Positions 28,319-40,147 of a stretch of DNA of 64,000 nt are shown in pieces (positions within the stretch are counted from its first letter, which is position 1; each line of letters opens with the position of its first letter). This DNA comes from Chthonomonadales bacterium (GTDB taxonomy: Bacteria > Armatimonadota > Chthonomonadetes > Chthonomonadales > CAJBBX01). Below the pieces are notes generated by a model. The model was not told the DNA's origin, made no database searches, and was given only the letters and a program-made list of their open reading frames with translations. The translations under genes and the position numbers were made by a program. The DNA is taken from contig JBMFSQ010000013.1 in the NCBI GenBank assembly GCA_049967475.1, forward strand, positions 26,009 to 90,008, in the 5' to 3' direction.

Positions 28319-29428
28319 ATGTCCTCCCAACTTGCCGAACGCATCAAGCAACGTGCCAAGGAACTTGGCTTCGACCTATGCGGCATCGCTCCCGCCGCCC
28401 CATCGGCTTTCCGCGAAGAGTTCCTAGCATGGCTCGACCGCGGAGAACACGGCGAAATGGCCTACCTCCAGCGCAACTCCCACCGCAGGCTGGATCCTCA
28501 GCAAGTGCTGCCGGGCGTCAAAAGCATCGTGGTAGTCGGGATGAACTACTATACGCAACCGCAGGAACCGCCACCGGATGCCGGCGGGTCGCTTCCGGCC
28601 CAATTCGCCCGTTACGCCCTCAATGACGATTACCATGACGTGATGGCCGCGCGGCTCCATCAATTGCTGGACACGATCCGCGCAGAGGCGCCGTGTCCCG
28701 TGGAAGGCAAGGTATACGTAGATACCGGCCCCGTCCTTGAGCGCGAAATCGCACAGCGCGCAGGCCTCGGGTGGATCGGCAAGAATACCATGCTGATCCA
28801 CCCAAGGCTCGGCTCCTACTTTCTTCTGGGCGAGATCCTCCTCACGCTGCCCCTCCCCACCGATGCGCCCATCCGGGGAAGTTGCGGAACCTGCAATCGC
28901 TGCATCGAGGCGTGCCCTACCGGCGCCCTGGTGAGCCCCTACCATCTCGATGCCCGCCGCTGCATCTCCTACCTCACCATCGAGATGAAGGGGCCGATGC
29001 CGGAGGCTCTTGCCCCTCTCATCGGCAACCGCATCTTCGGCTGCGACATCTGCCAGGAAGTGTGCCCCTTCTGCGTCCGCTTCAGCAGACCCACCAAAGA
29101 AGCCGCCTTCCAGCCGCGGCCTGTGACGGTCCGAAGCACCCTGAAGGATCTCATGAGCCTCTCGGACGAAGGCTTCCGATCGGCCTTCCGAAAAAGCCCC
29201 GTCAAGCGCGCCAAACGGCGGGGGCTCCTGCGCAATGTGGCGGCAGCCTTAGCCTCCTCGGGAGATCCTCAGGCTGCTGCCGTGCTCCGACACGCTGCAG
29301 AAACCGACACCGACGCCTTCGTGCGCTCGGAAGCCGAGCGAGCCCTGCAGCGGATGCAAAGTCCCGCTACGCCTTCGGCCCGTGACGCCGGATCGGGGGC
29401 TCGGCCGGCAGGGGATGATACGGCGTAG
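28319..29428 (+). CDS. queG: tRNA epoxyqueuosine reductase
   Basis: ARYA..DYH, VDTGPVLER, CGTCNRCIEACP, FGCDICQEVCP. Confidence 0.93.
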   Translation: MSSQLAERIKQRAKELGFDLCGIAPAAPSAFREEFLAWLDRGEHGEMAYLQRNSHRRLDPQQVLPGVKSIVVVGMNYYTQPQEPPPDAGGSLPAQFARYALNDDYHDVMAARLHQLLDTIRAEAPCPVEGKVYVDTGPVLEREIAQRAGLGWIGKNTMLIHPRLGSYFLLGEILLTLPLPTDAPIRGSCGTCNRCIEACPTGALVSPYHLDARRCISYLTIEMKGPMPEALAPLIGNRIFGCDICQEVCPFCVRFSRPTKEAAFQPRPVTVRSTLKDLMSLSDEGFRSAFRKSPVKRAKRRGLLRNVAAALASSGDPQAAAVLRHAAETDTDAFVRSEAERALQRMQSPATPSARDAGSGARPAGDDTA

Positions 29429-30221
29429 GTACGTATTCCACAGAGGGGCGCTTCTGAGCCGCTTGAGGATAAAGCCGCATCAGGTCGTATACTTCCTCGG
29501 GCAGCCCCGTATTCACAGGCAGCCCCAACCGGCGGGCTTCCTCCACTGTGATGGGGTAATCATGCGTCCACCGGCCCTCCGAAAGAGCCTTCGCCAAGTC
29601 CCGTGCCTTGGCCTCTCCAAGACGCGCCTGGGCAAGCTGATAGACGGTCTCTTCCACCTGGCGGATTGCCTTGGCTGCCACATCGGCAAGGATGAGCGTG
29701 CGGTCGTCGCGGTTTGGGTTCTGTATCGCCGCTGCCGCCAGAATGGAGGCGGCCGGGTATTCCCCAAGCTGCGGGTCTACAGGACCCAGCACGGCATTCT
29801 CGTCCATGAGCACTTCGTCAGCCGCCAGCGCAATGAGCGTTCCGCCCGACATCGCGTAATGCGGCACCATCACAGTTACGCGTCCAGGGTGGCGCGCTAG
29901 GGCGCACGCGATCTGCTCGGAGGCAAGCACCAACCCCCCAGGCGTATGGAGGATCAGGTCTATATTCTCTTCCGGGGGCGTCAGGCGGATCGCCTGAAGA
30001 AGGTGTTCGGAATCCTCAACGTCTATGTAGCGCACGATGGGGAAGCCCAAGAAGCTCATCGTCTCCTGCCGGTGGATCAACGTGATGACGCGGCTCTTGC
30101 GCTTCTTCTCCAGGCGCTGCATCACCTGCATGCGGGCGTAAACGAGCATCCGCTGCTGGAACATGGGCGAAAGAGAAGAGATGATCAGAAAGATCCAAAA
30201 CAGGTCAAACAGGCTGGACAC
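29367..30221 (-). CDS. SDH-family Clp-fold serine protease
   Basis: IHRQE, LHTPGG, AMSGGTLIAL, GPVDPQ, WTHDYPI. Confidence 0.88.
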   Translation of the reverse strand: MSSLFDLFWIFLIISSLSPMFQQRMLVYARMQVMQRLEKKRKSRVITLIHRQETMSFLGFPIVRYIDVEDSEHLLQAIRLTPPEENIDLILHTPGGLVLASEQIACALARHPGRVTVMVPHYAMSGGTLIALAADEVLMDENAVLGPVDPQLGEYPAASILAAAAIQNPNRDDRTLILADVAAKAIRQVEETVYQLAQARLGEAKARDLAKALSEGRWTHDYPITVEEARRLGLPVNTGLPEEVYDLMRLYPQAAQKRPSVEYVPTPYHPLPAEPPIRRHGPKA

Positions 30222-30241
30222 GCAAACACCTCCTCATCTGC

Positions 30242-30943
30242 CTACCCGAAAGGCCACTCTCGATCATACCCGGCGTAGCGCCTGCGCGGTGGCTGCAACC
30301 GGAGAGGCATCGCCGCCGCCATTCCGAACAAAAACCCTCCGATATGCGCCCACCATGCTACACCCCCCATCGCAGGAAGGAACAGGGCCACGAAACCGTT
30401 GAGCCACTGCTCCAGGAACCAGAAGCCGATCCAAAGAACTGCGGGAACGTCAATCAGCAGCGGCAGGAAGAAGATGGGCACGATGCTGATTACCATAGCC
30501 GTTGGGTAAAGGATCAGATACGCTCCCAGCACCGCCGCAATGGCGCCGCTGGCCCCGATGGAAGGAACCTGGGATGCGGGATCCACCCACACTTGCAGAG
30601 CCGCCGCTGCGATGCCCCCCAGAAAGTAAAACACCAAAAAACGCGCCGTCCCCATCCGATCCTCTACATTATCTCCAAACACCAGAAGGAACCACATGTT
30701 CCCGATGATGTGCAACCAACTGCCGTGGAGAAACATGGACGAGATGACGGTGGGCCAGTGGCGCGCCAATCCGCCAGGCGCCGATAGATCCGCCGGGATC
30801 ATGCCGTACCGCTCTACAAACGCCGGCAGCTCCTGAGGACCGAGGCGGACTTCGTACAGGAAAATAGCTGCGTTGACGAACACCAGCGCCCAGACCGCAG
30901 CAGGAAGCCGGCGCGCAGGTACCGTGTCATGCAATGGAAGCAT
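30242..30943 (-). CDS. Rhomboid intramembrane serine protease
   Basis: HGSWLHIIGNM, GASGAI, AHIGGFLFG. Confidence 0.92.
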   Translation of the reverse strand: MLPLHDTVPARRLPAAVWALVFVNAAIFLYEVRLGPQELPAFVERYGMIPADLSAPGGLARHWPTVISSMFLHGSWLHIIGNMWFLLVFGDNVEDRMGTARFLVFYFLGGIAAAALQVWVDPASQVPSIGASGAIAAVLGAYLILYPTAMVISIVPIFFLPLLIDVPAVLWIGFWFLEQWLNGFVALFLPAMGGVAWWAHIGGFLFGMAAAMPLRLQPPRRRYAGYDREWPFG

Positions 30944-30989
30944 CAGCGCCTCCTTCCGCCTCTGTTCGACGAACGCGGCGCTCCGCCCG

Positions 30990-32573
30990 TCACTCGCTCT
31001 CGTGGAGGCACGCCAACCGGATCAAGCCGTATACCACCCCATCCAGCAAAGCGTGCCAGCTCGCCTCGATCATGTTCGTGGACACGCCCACGGTGGCCCA
31101 TTGGGCGTCGCCATCGGTGGAGTTGATGATGGTGCGCACCTTGGCCGCAGTTCCCTCGCGCACATTTACCACGCGCACCTTGAAGTCCGTCAGCTTGATT
31201 TGCTGAAGCTCCGGATAGAACTTCAAGAGGGCTTTGCGCAGCGCCGAGTCCAAGGCATGCACGGGTCCATCGCCTTCCGCCACGGTAAGTTCTTCGTGGC
31301 CATTCACGGCGAGCTTCACGGTGGCCTCGGTAACCGGCTCTTCGCCCGGCCGCTTCTCCACGATCACGCGAAAGCCCCGCACATCGAAGAGCTTGCGGTA
31401 CGTACCCGCTGCCTGCATCAGGAGGAGCTCAAACGATGCCTCGGCCCCCTCAAAGGAATAGCCCTCGCGCTCCAGATCGCCCACCTTGCGCAACACCGCC
31501 CGCGTCTCCGGCGCGCCCTTCGTAAGGTCTATGGCATGCCGCGCCGCCTTGGACACGATGGTGGCTCCTCCTGAGAGTTCCGACACCAGCATCCTCCGGG
31601 AATTGCCCACCGCCTCTGGCGCCACGTGCTCGTAGGTTGAACGGTGCTTCAACACGGAGTCCACGTGGACCCCGGCCTTGTGGGCAAAGGCGCTGCGCCC
31701 TACGTACGGCTGCCGATTATTGGGCACGAGGTTCGCAACCTCGTCTACAAACTGCGAGAGGGTCGTAAGATGCTCCAGGGAGTGCGGCTGCAGGCAGTCC
31801 AAGCCAAGCTTCAACTTAAGGTTCGCAACGATGGAGCACAGGTTGGCATTCCCGCACCGCTCCCCGAACCCATTCACTGTTCCCTGCACGTGGACGGCGC
31901 CGGCGCGCACGGCAGCAAGGGTATTGGCGACACCGCACCCCGTGTCGTCATGAGCATGGATGCCGATGGCCGATCGTACCTGAGCGCGCACGCCGCTCGT
32001 GATCTCCTCTACCTCGTGGGGAAGACACCCGCCGTTGGTGTCGCACAGAACAAGCATCCGAGCCCCTGCCTCCTCCGCAGCGCGCAAGCACTTCAGGGCG
32101 TAGCCAGGGTTGTGCTTGTACCCGTCGAAGAAATGCTCCGCATCGAAGATCACTTCCTCCACTCGCGGCACAAGGTAGGATATCGTGTCGTAAATCATGT
32201 CCAGGTTCGCCTGGAGCGGCGCCTTCAGGGCATGGGTCACGTGAAAATCCCAGCTCTTCCCAAAGACCGTTACAACAGGCGTTCCGGCTGCCACAAGCAT
32301 CTGAACCAGATCGTCCTCCGCCGCACTCCGATCTCGTCGCCGGGTGCTGCCGAAGGCCACGACCCGCGCATGGGCGAACTTCACACGCTTGAGCTGTTCG
32401 AAAAGATCTATGTCCTTGGGATTGGACCCCGGCCAACCCGCCTCGATGTAGTCCATCCCGAACTCATCCAGCTTGCGGGCGATGCGCAATTTGTCCTCCA
32501 GCGAGAAGCTCACTCCTTCCGCCTGAGACCCATCGCGCAGGGTCGTGTCGTAGATTGCAATCCGTTGGTGCAT
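30990..32573 (-). CDS. cimA: Citramalate synthase
   Basis: DTTLRDGSQ, GWPGSNPKD, FDAEHFFDG, AHKAGVH, SELSG, C-terminal regulatory domain. Confidence 0.9.
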   Translation of the reverse strand: MHQRIAIYDTTLRDGSQAEGVSFSLEDKLRIARKLDEFGMDYIEAGWPGSNPKDIDLFEQLKRVKFAHARVVAFGSTRRRDRSAAEDDLVQMLVAAGTPVVTVFGKSWDFHVTHALKAPLQANLDMIYDTISYLVPRVEEVIFDAEHFFDGYKHNPGYALKCLRAAEEAGARMLVLCDTNGGCLPHEVEEITSGVRAQVRSAIGIHAHDDTGCGVANTLAAVRAGAVHVQGTVNGFGERCGNANLCSIVANLKLKLGLDCLQPHSLEHLTTLSQFVDEVANLVPNNRQPYVGRSAFAHKAGVHVDSVLKHRSTYEHVAPEAVGNSRRMLVSELSGGATIVSKAARHAIDLTKGAPETRAVLRKVGDLEREGYSFEGAEASFELLLMQAAGTYRKLFDVRGFRVIVEKRPGEEPVTEATVKLAVNGHEELTVAEGDGPVHALDSALRKALLKFYPELQQIKLTDFKVRVVNVREGTAAKVRTIINSTDGDAQWATVGVSTNMIEASWHALLDGVVYGLIRLACLHESE

Positions 32574-32594
32574 CAGCCTTCCATTCCATAAATG

Positions 32595-32933
32595 CTAGAG
32601 AGCTGCCTCGCCGCGTTCCCCCGTCCGGATCCTGATGGCATCCTCCACGGTGGACACGAACACCTTACCGTCACCGATCTCTCCTGTGTGGGCAGCTTCC
32701 AAAACAGCCTCCACGGCTTCTTCAGCCCGCTCGTCGGGTACAACAAACTCCACCTTGATCTTGGGAAGTAAGTTTACCACGTAGGTATTGCCCCGGTACT
32801 TCTCCGTACGGCCGCGCTGCCGCCCGTAACCGCGCACGTCCGTCACCGTCATTCCGGTGATGCCGATGGCGGATAGCGCCTCCTTCACGTCGTCAATCTT
32901 GATCGGACGGATCACGCACTCAATCTTCTTCAT
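32595..32933 (-). CDS. glnB: Nitrogen regulatory protein P-II
   Basis: GYGRQRG...[24 protein letters not shown]. Confidence 0.9.
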   Translation of the reverse strand: MKKIECVIRPIKIDDVKEALSAIGITGMTVTDVRGYGRQRGRTEKYRGNTYVVNLLPKIKVEFVVPDERAEEAVEAVLEAAHTGEIGDGKVFVSTVEDAIRIRTGERGEAAL

Positions 32934-34017
32934 GGATGGCCTCCAGCGCCGAGAGAACCGCATCCCCCATCTCCGTAGTGGATGCCGCCCGTTCACCCGG
33001 CCGTGCGATATCCGCAGTGCGCACTCCACGCTCGAGTACGCATTCCACGGCTCGTTCTACAGCCGCAGCCGCAGCTTCGTTCCCAAGGGAAAAACGCAGA
33101 AGCATCGCTGCAGAGAGGATCGCCGCCAGAGGGTTGGCAACGTTGCGGCCCGCAATATCGGGCGCCGAACCGTGGATCGGCTCGAACAGCCCCCTGGAGC
33201 CCTCCCCCAGGCTCGCTGAAGGAAGCATGCCCAGGCTCCCGGTAAGCATGCTCGCCTCATCGCTGAGTATATCTCCGAACAGGTTCTCGGTGACGATAAC
33301 GTCGAATTGGCGCGGGTTACGCACAAGCTGCATGGCACAGTTATCCACCAACATGTGGCTCAGCTCTACATCCGGATACTCCGCAGCGACGCGGCTCACC
33401 GTGTCTCGCCAAAGCCGTGAGGTCTCCAGCACATTCGCCTTATCTACAGAACAGACGCGCTTGGACCTCCCAAGAGCTGCCTCAAATCCCACGCGGGCGA
33501 TGCGCTCGATCTCCTCAACGCTGTAGACGCACGTGTCCACAGCCCGGCGCCCGTCGGCCGTCCGGAACTTGGGTTCCCCGAAGTAGATGCCTCCGGTGAG
33601 CTCGCGTACCACCAGCAGGTTCAGGCCATCGCCGATGACTTCCAGCTTCAAAGATGAAGCAGACGCCAGGGCTGCGTACAATTTCACCGGGCGCAAGTTC
33701 GCGAAGAGGCCCAGCTCCTTGCGCAGCGGCAGAAGGGCTCCCGCCTCTGGGCGCAGAGAAGCAGGTTGAACCTGGTCCCATTTGGGGCCGCCTACCGCAC
33801 CCAGCAACACAGCGTCGGCACGGCGGCACAGCTCCAGGGTGTCTGATGGAAGGGGATGGCCCGTGGCATCGTAGGCACATCCCCCAATCAGCGCCTCTTC
33901 CATCTGCACGCTCATGCCGAAACGCCGGCATGCAGCCTGCAACACTCGCTTCGCCTGGGATATAATCTCGGGCCCGATTCCGTCTCCAGGCAATACCGCA
34001 ATCAACTTTGTCGTCAT
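32920..34017 (-). CDS. leuB: 3-isopropylmalate dehydrogenase
   Basis: [39 protein letters not shown]. Confidence 0.95.
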   Translation of the reverse strand: MTTKLIAVLPGDGIGPEIISQAKRVLQAACRRFGMSVQMEEALIGGCAYDATGHPLPSDTLELCRRADAVLLGAVGGPKWDQVQPASLRPEAGALLPLRKELGLFANLRPVKLYAALASASSLKLEVIGDGLNLLVVRELTGGIYFGEPKFRTADGRRAVDTCVYSVEEIERIARVGFEAALGRSKRVCSVDKANVLETSRLWRDTVSRVAAEYPDVELSHMLVDNCAMQLVRNPRQFDVIVTENLFGDILSDEASMLTGSLGMLPSASLGEGSRGLFEPIHGSAPDIAGRNVANPLAAILSAAMLLRFSLGNEAAAAAVERAVECVLERGVRTADIARPGERAASTTEMGDAVLSALEAIHEED

Positions 34018-34038
34018 CGGTGGGTGGGTTCCTATAGA

Positions 34039-34539
34039 TCAGTTGTATGATGGTCCGTCTTCATGGCGCAGGGGTTTACGGACGAGATCCAAGAACGGCT
34101 CAAAACCCATGGCCGCCCAGAAGGCGCGGGCATCGGGGTTGGCGTGGGCCACAAAAAGCTCCACGTCCGTGGCGTCCCTCGCAGCGAACCATTCCAGGAT
34201 AGCCGCCACCAATCCCCGGCCGATGCCGCGCCGGCGCCATTGCGGAAGCACAAAAAGGTCCGATATGAAGCCGTACCGTCCCGCGGGATAGATGGGCCTT
34301 CGGTTCTGAAGCCAACCCAGCGCATACCCCACGACTGCCCCCTCCGCTTCGGCTACGAGTACCAGCGCCTGCCTCGATGCCATGGCTTCCAGGAAGTGCC
34401 TCTTCAGATCGCGGTCCACATCGGCGCCGAACCGAAAGCGTGCGTCACGCTCCCGATGAAGATCCATCATCTGATGCCACAACTGCTGGAGCACAGGCAG
34501 ATCGCTGCGGCGCCCATTCCTCAGCATCCACGGAGCCAT
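34039..34539 (-). CDS. GNAT acetyltransferase
   Basis: LFVLPQWRRRGIG, NPDARAFW. Confidence 0.82.
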   Translation of the reverse strand: MAPWMLRNGRRSDLPVLQQLWHQMMDLHRERDARFRFGADVDRDLKRHFLEAMASRQALVLVAEAEGAVVGYALGWLQNRRPIYPAGRYGFISDLFVLPQWRRRGIGRGLVAAILEWFAARDATDVELFVAHANPDARAFWAAMGFEPFLDLVRKPLRHEDGPSYN

Positions 34540-34542
34540 GGG

Positions 34543-35160
34543 CTACGCCGATGGGCTCAAACTGGGCAGCCACGATGGCCGTGCGGCCTCGAAGCGCCCG
34601 ATTTCGGCTTCATGCTGCAGGGTGAGGGCAATCTCGTCCAACCCCTCGAGCAAACAGCGGCGCTGGAATTCGTCCATGCTGAAAGAAAAGGAAAGCGCAC
34701 CCTCATCGTACACTCGGCACGCCGCCAGATCCACGGTGATACGCCAGCCCGGCTTCTCCTTGGCTTTGGCTAGGATCCGGGCAATGCCATCCTCCGGAAG
34801 TACCACCGGCAGCAAGCCGTTCTTGAGGCAGTTGTTATAGAAGATGTCCGCAAAGGACGGTGCAAGGATCGCCCGAAAGCCAAAGTCCAGCAGCGCCCAT
34901 GGAGCATGCTCGCGGGAGGATCCGCTGCCGAAGTTCTTGCCCGCCACCAAGATCGAGGCCCCTTGGTATCCCGGTTCGTTCAATACGAAGTCTGCCCGTG
35001 GTGACCCGTCCTCATGGTAGCGCCAGTCATAGAACAGGTATCGGCCGAAGCCGGTTCGCTCCACCAACTTCAGGAACTGTTTGGGAATGATCTGGTCCGT
35101 GTCTACGTTCGCCCGATCCAGCGGGGCTACAATCCCGGTGTGCTTCACAAAGGGCTGCAT
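34543..35160 (-). CDS. leuD: 3-isopropylmalate dehydratase small subunit
   Basis: NVDTDQIIPKQFL, GSGSSREHAPW, SFADIF. Confidence 0.95.
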   Translation of the reverse strand: MQPFVKHTGIVAPLDRANVDTDQIIPKQFLKLVERTGFGRYLFYDWRYHEDGSPRADFVLNEPGYQGASILVAGKNFGSGSSREHAPWALLDFGFRAILAPSFADIFYNNCLKNGLLPVVLPEDGIARILAKAKEKPGWRITVDLAACRVYDEGALSFSFSMDEFQRRCLLEGLDEIALTLQHEAEIGRFEAARPSWLPSLSPSA

Positions 35161-35202
35161 TTTGTGTCCTTCCTTCCCTTGATATGGCGCCCCCACTTGG
35201 GC

Positions 35203-36612
35203 CTAAAGGCTCCAGCGGCGCACATCCACCAAATGCCCGGCGATCGCTGCCGCAGCGGCCATCTCAGGGCTCATCAGGTGGGTGCGCCCCCCCTTGCCTT
35301 GGCGCCCTTCAAAATTGCGGTTGGACGTGGAGGCGCAGCGCTCACCCGGCTGAAGAACGTCGGGGTTCATTCCCAAACACATGGAACAGCCTGCCTCCCT
35401 CCACTCGAAGCCGGCGCCGCGGAAGATGCGGTCCAGCCCCTCCCGCTCGGCCTGGCGCTTGACGCCTGCAGAGCCCGGCACCACCAAGGCCCTCACGCCG
35501 GGCGCCACCCTCTTCCCCTCTACGATGCGCGCCGCCGCCCTCAGGTCCTCGATGCGGCCGTTTGTGCAAGAGCCGATGAACACGCGATCTATGGAGATTG
35601 CCTCCATCGGTGTGCCCGGGCGCAGATCCATGTACTCCAGCGCCCGCGCGGCAGCCTTCCGATCTGCAGCAGAGGCGAACTGGGATGGGTCGGGCACGCG
35701 CCCCGTAATCGGAACCGCTTGCCCTGGGTTCGTGCCCCAGGTGACCGTGGGCTCAAGGTCCGCCCCGTTGATTTCAACCACCCTGTCGTAGGATGCGCCC
35801 GGGTCGGTACTCAGCGCCCGCCAGGCATCCAGCGCCTGCTCCCATCGAACCCCCTTCGGCGCGTACGGGCGGCCTTCGATGTAGGCAAAGGTAGTGTCAT
35901 CGGGAGCCACCATCCCGGCTCGTGCACCCGCTTCGATGGACATATTGCACACCGTCATCCTTCCTTCCATGGAAAGGCTCCGAATGACCTCCCCGGTGTA
36001 CTCCACCACGTGCCCTGTGGCGCCGTCCGTTCCGATACGGGCTATGATGCCCAGGATTACGTCCTTGGCCGTGACGCCTAATCCCAAAGACCCGTTCACG
36101 CGAATCTCCATGGTGCGCGGCCGATGCTGCTGCAAGCATTGTGTCGCCAATACGTGCTCCACCTCGCTGGTGCCGATGCCGAAGGCCAACGCCCCGAAGG
36201 CTCCGTGTGTGGAAGTATGGCTGTCCCCGCACACAATGGTCATGCCGGGGAGGGTCAATCCGAGCTCCGGCCCGATGATGTGCACGATGCCCTGGTTCGG
36301 ATGGCGTATATCGAAGAGCGTAACGCCGAACTCGCGGCAGTTGCGTTGGAGAACCTCCATCTGCTTCCGGCTGACGGGATCCGCCGCCTCCTCTGAGCGC
36401 CCTGTAGTCGGGACGTTGTGATCCATGGTGGCACACGTCAAGTCCGGACGGCGCACCCGCCTGCCGTTGAGGCGCAACCCGTCAAAGGCTTGGGGTGAGG
36501 TCACTTCGTGTACAAGGTGCAAGTCTATGTAGAGCAGGGCCGGCTCACCCTTGGCGGCATAGACTTCGTGGGCGCTCCAAATCTTCTCGAACAGTGTCCG
36601 TGGTTGTGTCAT
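35203..36612 (-). CDS. leuC: 3-isopropylmalate dehydratase large subunit
   Basis: [42 protein letters not shown]. Confidence 0.96.
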   Translation of the reverse strand: MTQPRTLFEKIWSAHEVYAAKGEPALLYIDLHLVHEVTSPQAFDGLRLNGRRVRRPDLTCATMDHNVPTTGRSEEAADPVSRKQMEVLQRNCREFGVTLFDIRHPNQGIVHIIGPELGLTLPGMTIVCGDSHTSTHGAFGALAFGIGTSEVEHVLATQCLQQHRPRTMEIRVNGSLGLGVTAKDVILGIIARIGTDGATGHVVEYTGEVIRSLSMEGRMTVCNMSIEAGARAGMVAPDDTTFAYIEGRPYAPKGVRWEQALDAWRALSTDPGASYDRVVEINGADLEPTVTWGTNPGQAVPITGRVPDPSQFASAADRKAAARALEYMDLRPGTPMEAISIDRVFIGSCTNGRIEDLRAAARIVEGKRVAPGVRALVVPGSAGVKRQAEREGLDRIFRGAGFEWREAGCSMCLGMNPDVLQPGERCASTSNRNFEGRQGKGGRTHLMSPEMAAAAAIAGHLVDVRRWSL

Positions 36613-36819
36613 CCTTTAACTTCCGTTTCCTCCTCACGTAAAGCCTAGACCGATCCCGCCGCCATCTTCCCGTAATGATACCGGGAACGTCTCAAAGGAA
36701 TAGCCCTCCGGCGCGTGGAAATCTATTGATGTCGGCAGCCGATAACATACTCAACAGCAGTATTCCCTGATCTGACGGACCTTCACTCCCTGCGTTCCCA
36801 AGGAGGCACGTCCCGAACC

Positions 36820-37428
36820 GTGAGACTGCTCTGTTTCAGCGACGTCCACGCCGATGTCGCGGCGATCCAAAGCATCGTGAGCCGCGCCGCCCACGCCGAT
36901 CTGCTGATTGGTGCAGGCGATTTTGCTACCCTCCGCAGGCGGCTGGACACGGCCATCTCCCTCCTTCGGCAAGCGCCGGTCCCCGCCATACTCGTACCAG
37001 GCAACCACGAAAGCTATGAAGAGCTTGTGGAGGCCTGCCGCCGATGGCCCGCAGCCCATGTTCTTCACGGCTCGGCCGTGGAAATCGCAGGCATCCCGTT
37101 CTTCGGTCTGGGCGGCGGGGTTCCCATTACGCCCTTCGGCGCCTGGAGCTGGGACCTTACAGAGGACCAGGCCGCTGCCCTTCTTGCGCCCTGCCCTCCA
37201 GGATGCGTTCTCGTGAGCCACTCGCCGCCCCGGGGCATCCTCGACGGCAGTTCCCAGGGACGAAGCCTTGGCAGTACCGCGGTGCTTCAGGCAATCCGCT
37301 GCAAACACCCCCGCCTTGTGGTATGCGGTCATATCCATGAAGATGCCGGTGGCGTCGTCGAATCGGGCGGGACAACGGTGATCAATGCCGGGCCGGCTGG
37401 CGTAGAATGGCACCTGGACATCCCCTGA
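36820..37428 (+). CDS. Metallophosphoesterase
   Basis: SDVH, GD, GNHE, SHSPP, GHIHE. Confidence 0.85.
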   Translation: MRLLCFSDVHADVAAIQSIVSRAAHADLLIGAGDFATLRRRLDTAISLLRQAPVPAILVPGNHESYEELVEACRRWPAAHVLHGSAVEIAGIPFFGLGGGVPITPFGAWSWDLTEDQAAALLAPCPPGCVLVSHSPPRGILDGSSQGRSLGSTAVLQAIRCKHPRLVVCGHIHEDAGGVVESGGTTVINAGPAGVEWHLDIP

Positions 37429-37432
37429 GGCG

Positions 37433-38980
37433 CTAGATGCGCTCCAGCGTGGGCGCCTGCTGCGATGCAGACGTCCGGTCTATCAGCTTGTTGAGTGCGT
37501 GCATATAGGCCTTCGCGCTGGCGACGCAGATGTCGCTGTCGGCGCCCCGCCCGGTATAGATGTCGTTCCCCTGCCGGATCCGTATCGTCACCTCGGCCAG
37601 AGCGTCTATACCCTCCGTTACCGCCTGAACCGAAAACTCGATGAGGTCGTTCTCCACACGCACGATGCGGTTGATGGCGCGGTAGATGGCGTCTACGGGG
37701 CCCGTGCCGTGGTCGGAATCCACCAAGATGTCGCCCCCCGGATCCCGAAGCTGAACCGTCGCAGTTGGGATGCTGTGATCTCCGCACGTAACCTGCACAT
37801 GCATCAGTTCATACGACACGCGCACCGAGGAGGTCTCGTCCGCCACGATGGCTTCCAGATCTTCGTCGTACACCATCTTCTTCTGGTCAGCCACTTGCAG
37901 AAATCGCTCATAGACCTTGTCGAGCTGCGCCTCATCCAATTGAAAGCCCAGCTCGGCCAGCCGGTGCTGCAACGCATGCCGGCCGGAGCGTGCGGTAAGC
38001 AGGATCTTGCTTTCGGGAATGCCCACCTCGCGCGGGTCAATGATCTCGTAGGTCGTGCGTTCCTTCAGCACCCCGTCCTGGTGGATGCCGGAGGAGTGGG
38101 CGAACGCATTGGCGCCTACAATGGCCTTGTTGGGCTGAACCAGGATGCCCGTGAGGTTGGACACGAGGCGGCTGGTCTTGTAAATCTCCCGGGTGACAAT
38201 GCCCGTTTCCGTGTTGAAGAAGTCCGAGCGCACCTTCATGGCCATGACCACTTCTTCGAGGCTGGTATTGCCTGCCCGTTCCCCGATGCCGTTGATGGTG
38301 CACTCAATCTGCCGCGCGCCGTTGAGGACACCCGCCAACGAGTTCGCCACAGCCAACCCCAGGTCATCGTGGCAATGAACAGACACGGTAACGCGGTCTA
38401 TGTTGGGAACGCGCTCCATCACCATCCGGATGCGCCCGCCGTACTCCTCCGGTGTGGCGAAGCCGGTGGTGTCCGGAATATTGATGACGGTGGCCCCGGC
38501 TTCGATCACCTTCTCGATCACCCGGCACAGATAGTCGGGGTCGGCGCGGCCGGAGTCCTCCAGGAAGTACTCCACATCGTCTACGTACCGCCGCGCGTAC
38601 TTAACGGCGGCCACGCCCCGCTCCAAGGCCTCTTCACGCGTCATGCGGAGCTTGAATTGCAAGTGGCTATCCGACACGCCCAGCCCGGTATGGATGCGCG
38701 GCCGTTTGGCACCCTTTAGCGCCTCGGCGGCCACGTCTATGTCCTTGGGAATGGCACGGGTCAGGCCGCACACCACCGGCGCCTCTACGACCTTGCACAC
38801 CTCCTGTACTGCGTGGAAGTCCCCAGGCGACGATATGGGAAAGCCCGCCTCGATAACGTCCACCCCAAGCCGCTCGAGCTGACGGGCGATCTCGATCTTC
38901 TCCTGCACGTTGAGAGACGCTCCGGGCGACTGCTCCCCGTCGCGCAGCGTGGTGTCGAAGATGTAGATGCGCGTGGCCAT
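37433..38980 (-). CDS. leuA: 2-isopropylmalate synthase
   Basis: [31 protein letters not shown]. Confidence 0.95.
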   Translation of the reverse strand: MATRIYIFDTTLRDGEQSPGASLNVQEKIEIARQLERLGVDVIEAGFPISSPGDFHAVQEVCKVVEAPVVCGLTRAIPKDIDVAAEALKGAKRPRIHTGLGVSDSHLQFKLRMTREEALERGVAAVKYARRYVDDVEYFLEDSGRADPDYLCRVIEKVIEAGATVINIPDTTGFATPEEYGGRIRMVMERVPNIDRVTVSVHCHDDLGLAVANSLAGVLNGARQIECTINGIGERAGNTSLEEVVMAMKVRSDFFNTETGIVTREIYKTSRLVSNLTGILVQPNKAIVGANAFAHSSGIHQDGVLKERTTYEIIDPREVGIPESKILLTARSGRHALQHRLAELGFQLDEAQLDKVYERFLQVADQKKMVYDEDLEAIVADETSSVRVSYELMHVQVTCGDHSIPTATVQLRDPGGDILVDSDHGTGPVDAIYRAINRIVRVENDLIEFSVQAVTEGIDALAEVTIRIRQGNDIYTGRGADSDICVASAKAYMHALNKLIDRTSASQQAPTLERI

Positions 38981-39015
38981 GCTTGGTGCTCTCTCCTTCT
39001 ACACGCCGGCAGATC

Positions 39016-40083
39016 TCATCCCCGGTATTCCAGGTTCTGGACCCGCTGCTTCACGCCTTCCTGCTCCGCCTCCTGAGTTTGAGACACTACATTGGATTGA
39101 ACCCAGCTCATCATGGAGCGCAGGCGCTTCCCTACTTGCTCGATCAGGTGATCCTGGTCTTTCTGCGCCAACGCCCGGAACACAGGCCGGTTGGCGCGGT
39201 TCTCAAGGATCCACTCCCGGGCGAATTCCCCGCTCTGGATATCGCGCAGGAGACCCTTCATCTTCTCGCGCACCGCATCGTCAATCAGCCGGGGACCGCG
39301 CGTCATGTCTCCGTACTGCGCCGTGTCCGAGATGGAGTAGCGCATCCCTGCGATGCCGGCTTCATACATCAAATCCACGATGAGCTTGAGCTCATGAAGG
39401 CACTCGAAGTAGGCAATCTCGGGCTGATAGCCTGCCTCAACAAGCGTCTCGAAGCCTGCCTTCACCAGTGCAGTGGTGCCGCCGCAGAGGACTGCCTGCT
39501 CGCCGAAGAGGTCCGTCTCCGTCTCTTCCTTAAAAGTCGTCTCCAGAACGCCGGCACGTGTCCCTCCGATGCCTTTGGCCCAGGCCAGCGCCACGTCCTT
39601 CGCCCGCCCTGTGGCATCCTGATGCACGGCAATGAGGCAGGGTACCCCCTTGCCCTCGGTGTAGATGCGCCGCACCAGATGCCCCGGTCCCTTCGGCGCC
39701 ACCATGAACACGTCCACGTCCGGTGGAGGCACGATCTGCCCAAAATGGATGTTGAAGCCGTGCCCGAAGCCCAAGGCGTTGCCCGGCTTTAGGTTGTCCT
39801 TCACCGCCTCCTGGTACAGGGCCGCCTGGAATTCGTCGTTCACCAGCATCATCACTACGTCGGCCTCGTGGACGGCTTCTGCCACCGGCAAAACGGGAAG
39901 GCCGTCACGCTGAGCGGCTTCCCAGGATTTGCCCCGCCGAAGCCCCACGCGCACATCCAATCCACTGTCCCGCAGGTTCAGCGCATGGGCGTGGCCCTGG
40001 CTTCCATACCCGATGACGGCGATCTTCTTGCCCTTTAATACCGATAAATCCGCATCGCTCTCGTAGTAGACTTTGGCAGGCAT
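39016..40083 (-). CDS. ilvC: Ketol-acid reductoisomerase
   Basis: [29 protein letters not shown]. Confidence 0.95.
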   Translation of the reverse strand: MPAKVYYESDADLSVLKGKKIAVIGYGSQGHAHALNLRDSGLDVRVGLRRGKSWEAAQRDGLPVLPVAEAVHEADVVMMLVNDEFQAALYQEAVKDNLKPGNALGFGHGFNIHFGQIVPPPDVDVFMVAPKGPGHLVRRIYTEGKGVPCLIAVHQDATGRAKDVALAWAKGIGGTRAGVLETTFKEETETDLFGEQAVLCGGTTALVKAGFETLVEAGYQPEIAYFECLHELKLIVDLMYEAGIAGMRYSISDTAQYGDMTRGPRLIDDAVREKMKGLLRDIQSGEFAREWILENRANRPVFRALAQKDQDHLIEQVGKRLRSMMSWVQSNVVSQTQEAEQEGVKQRVQNLEYRG

Positions 40084-40147
40084 GCGTGTCCGTTCTCCTT
40101 GCGTTCTTCGATCTAGGTTTTGATTGGGATGCCCGGCGCCATGCCCC

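Noticed and set aside
36820..37428. Opposite-strand metallophosphoesterase and GNAT/membrane genes interrupting the ilv-leu cluster as signs of a mobile element
   Set aside because: No transposase, integrase, terminal repeats or compositional shift.
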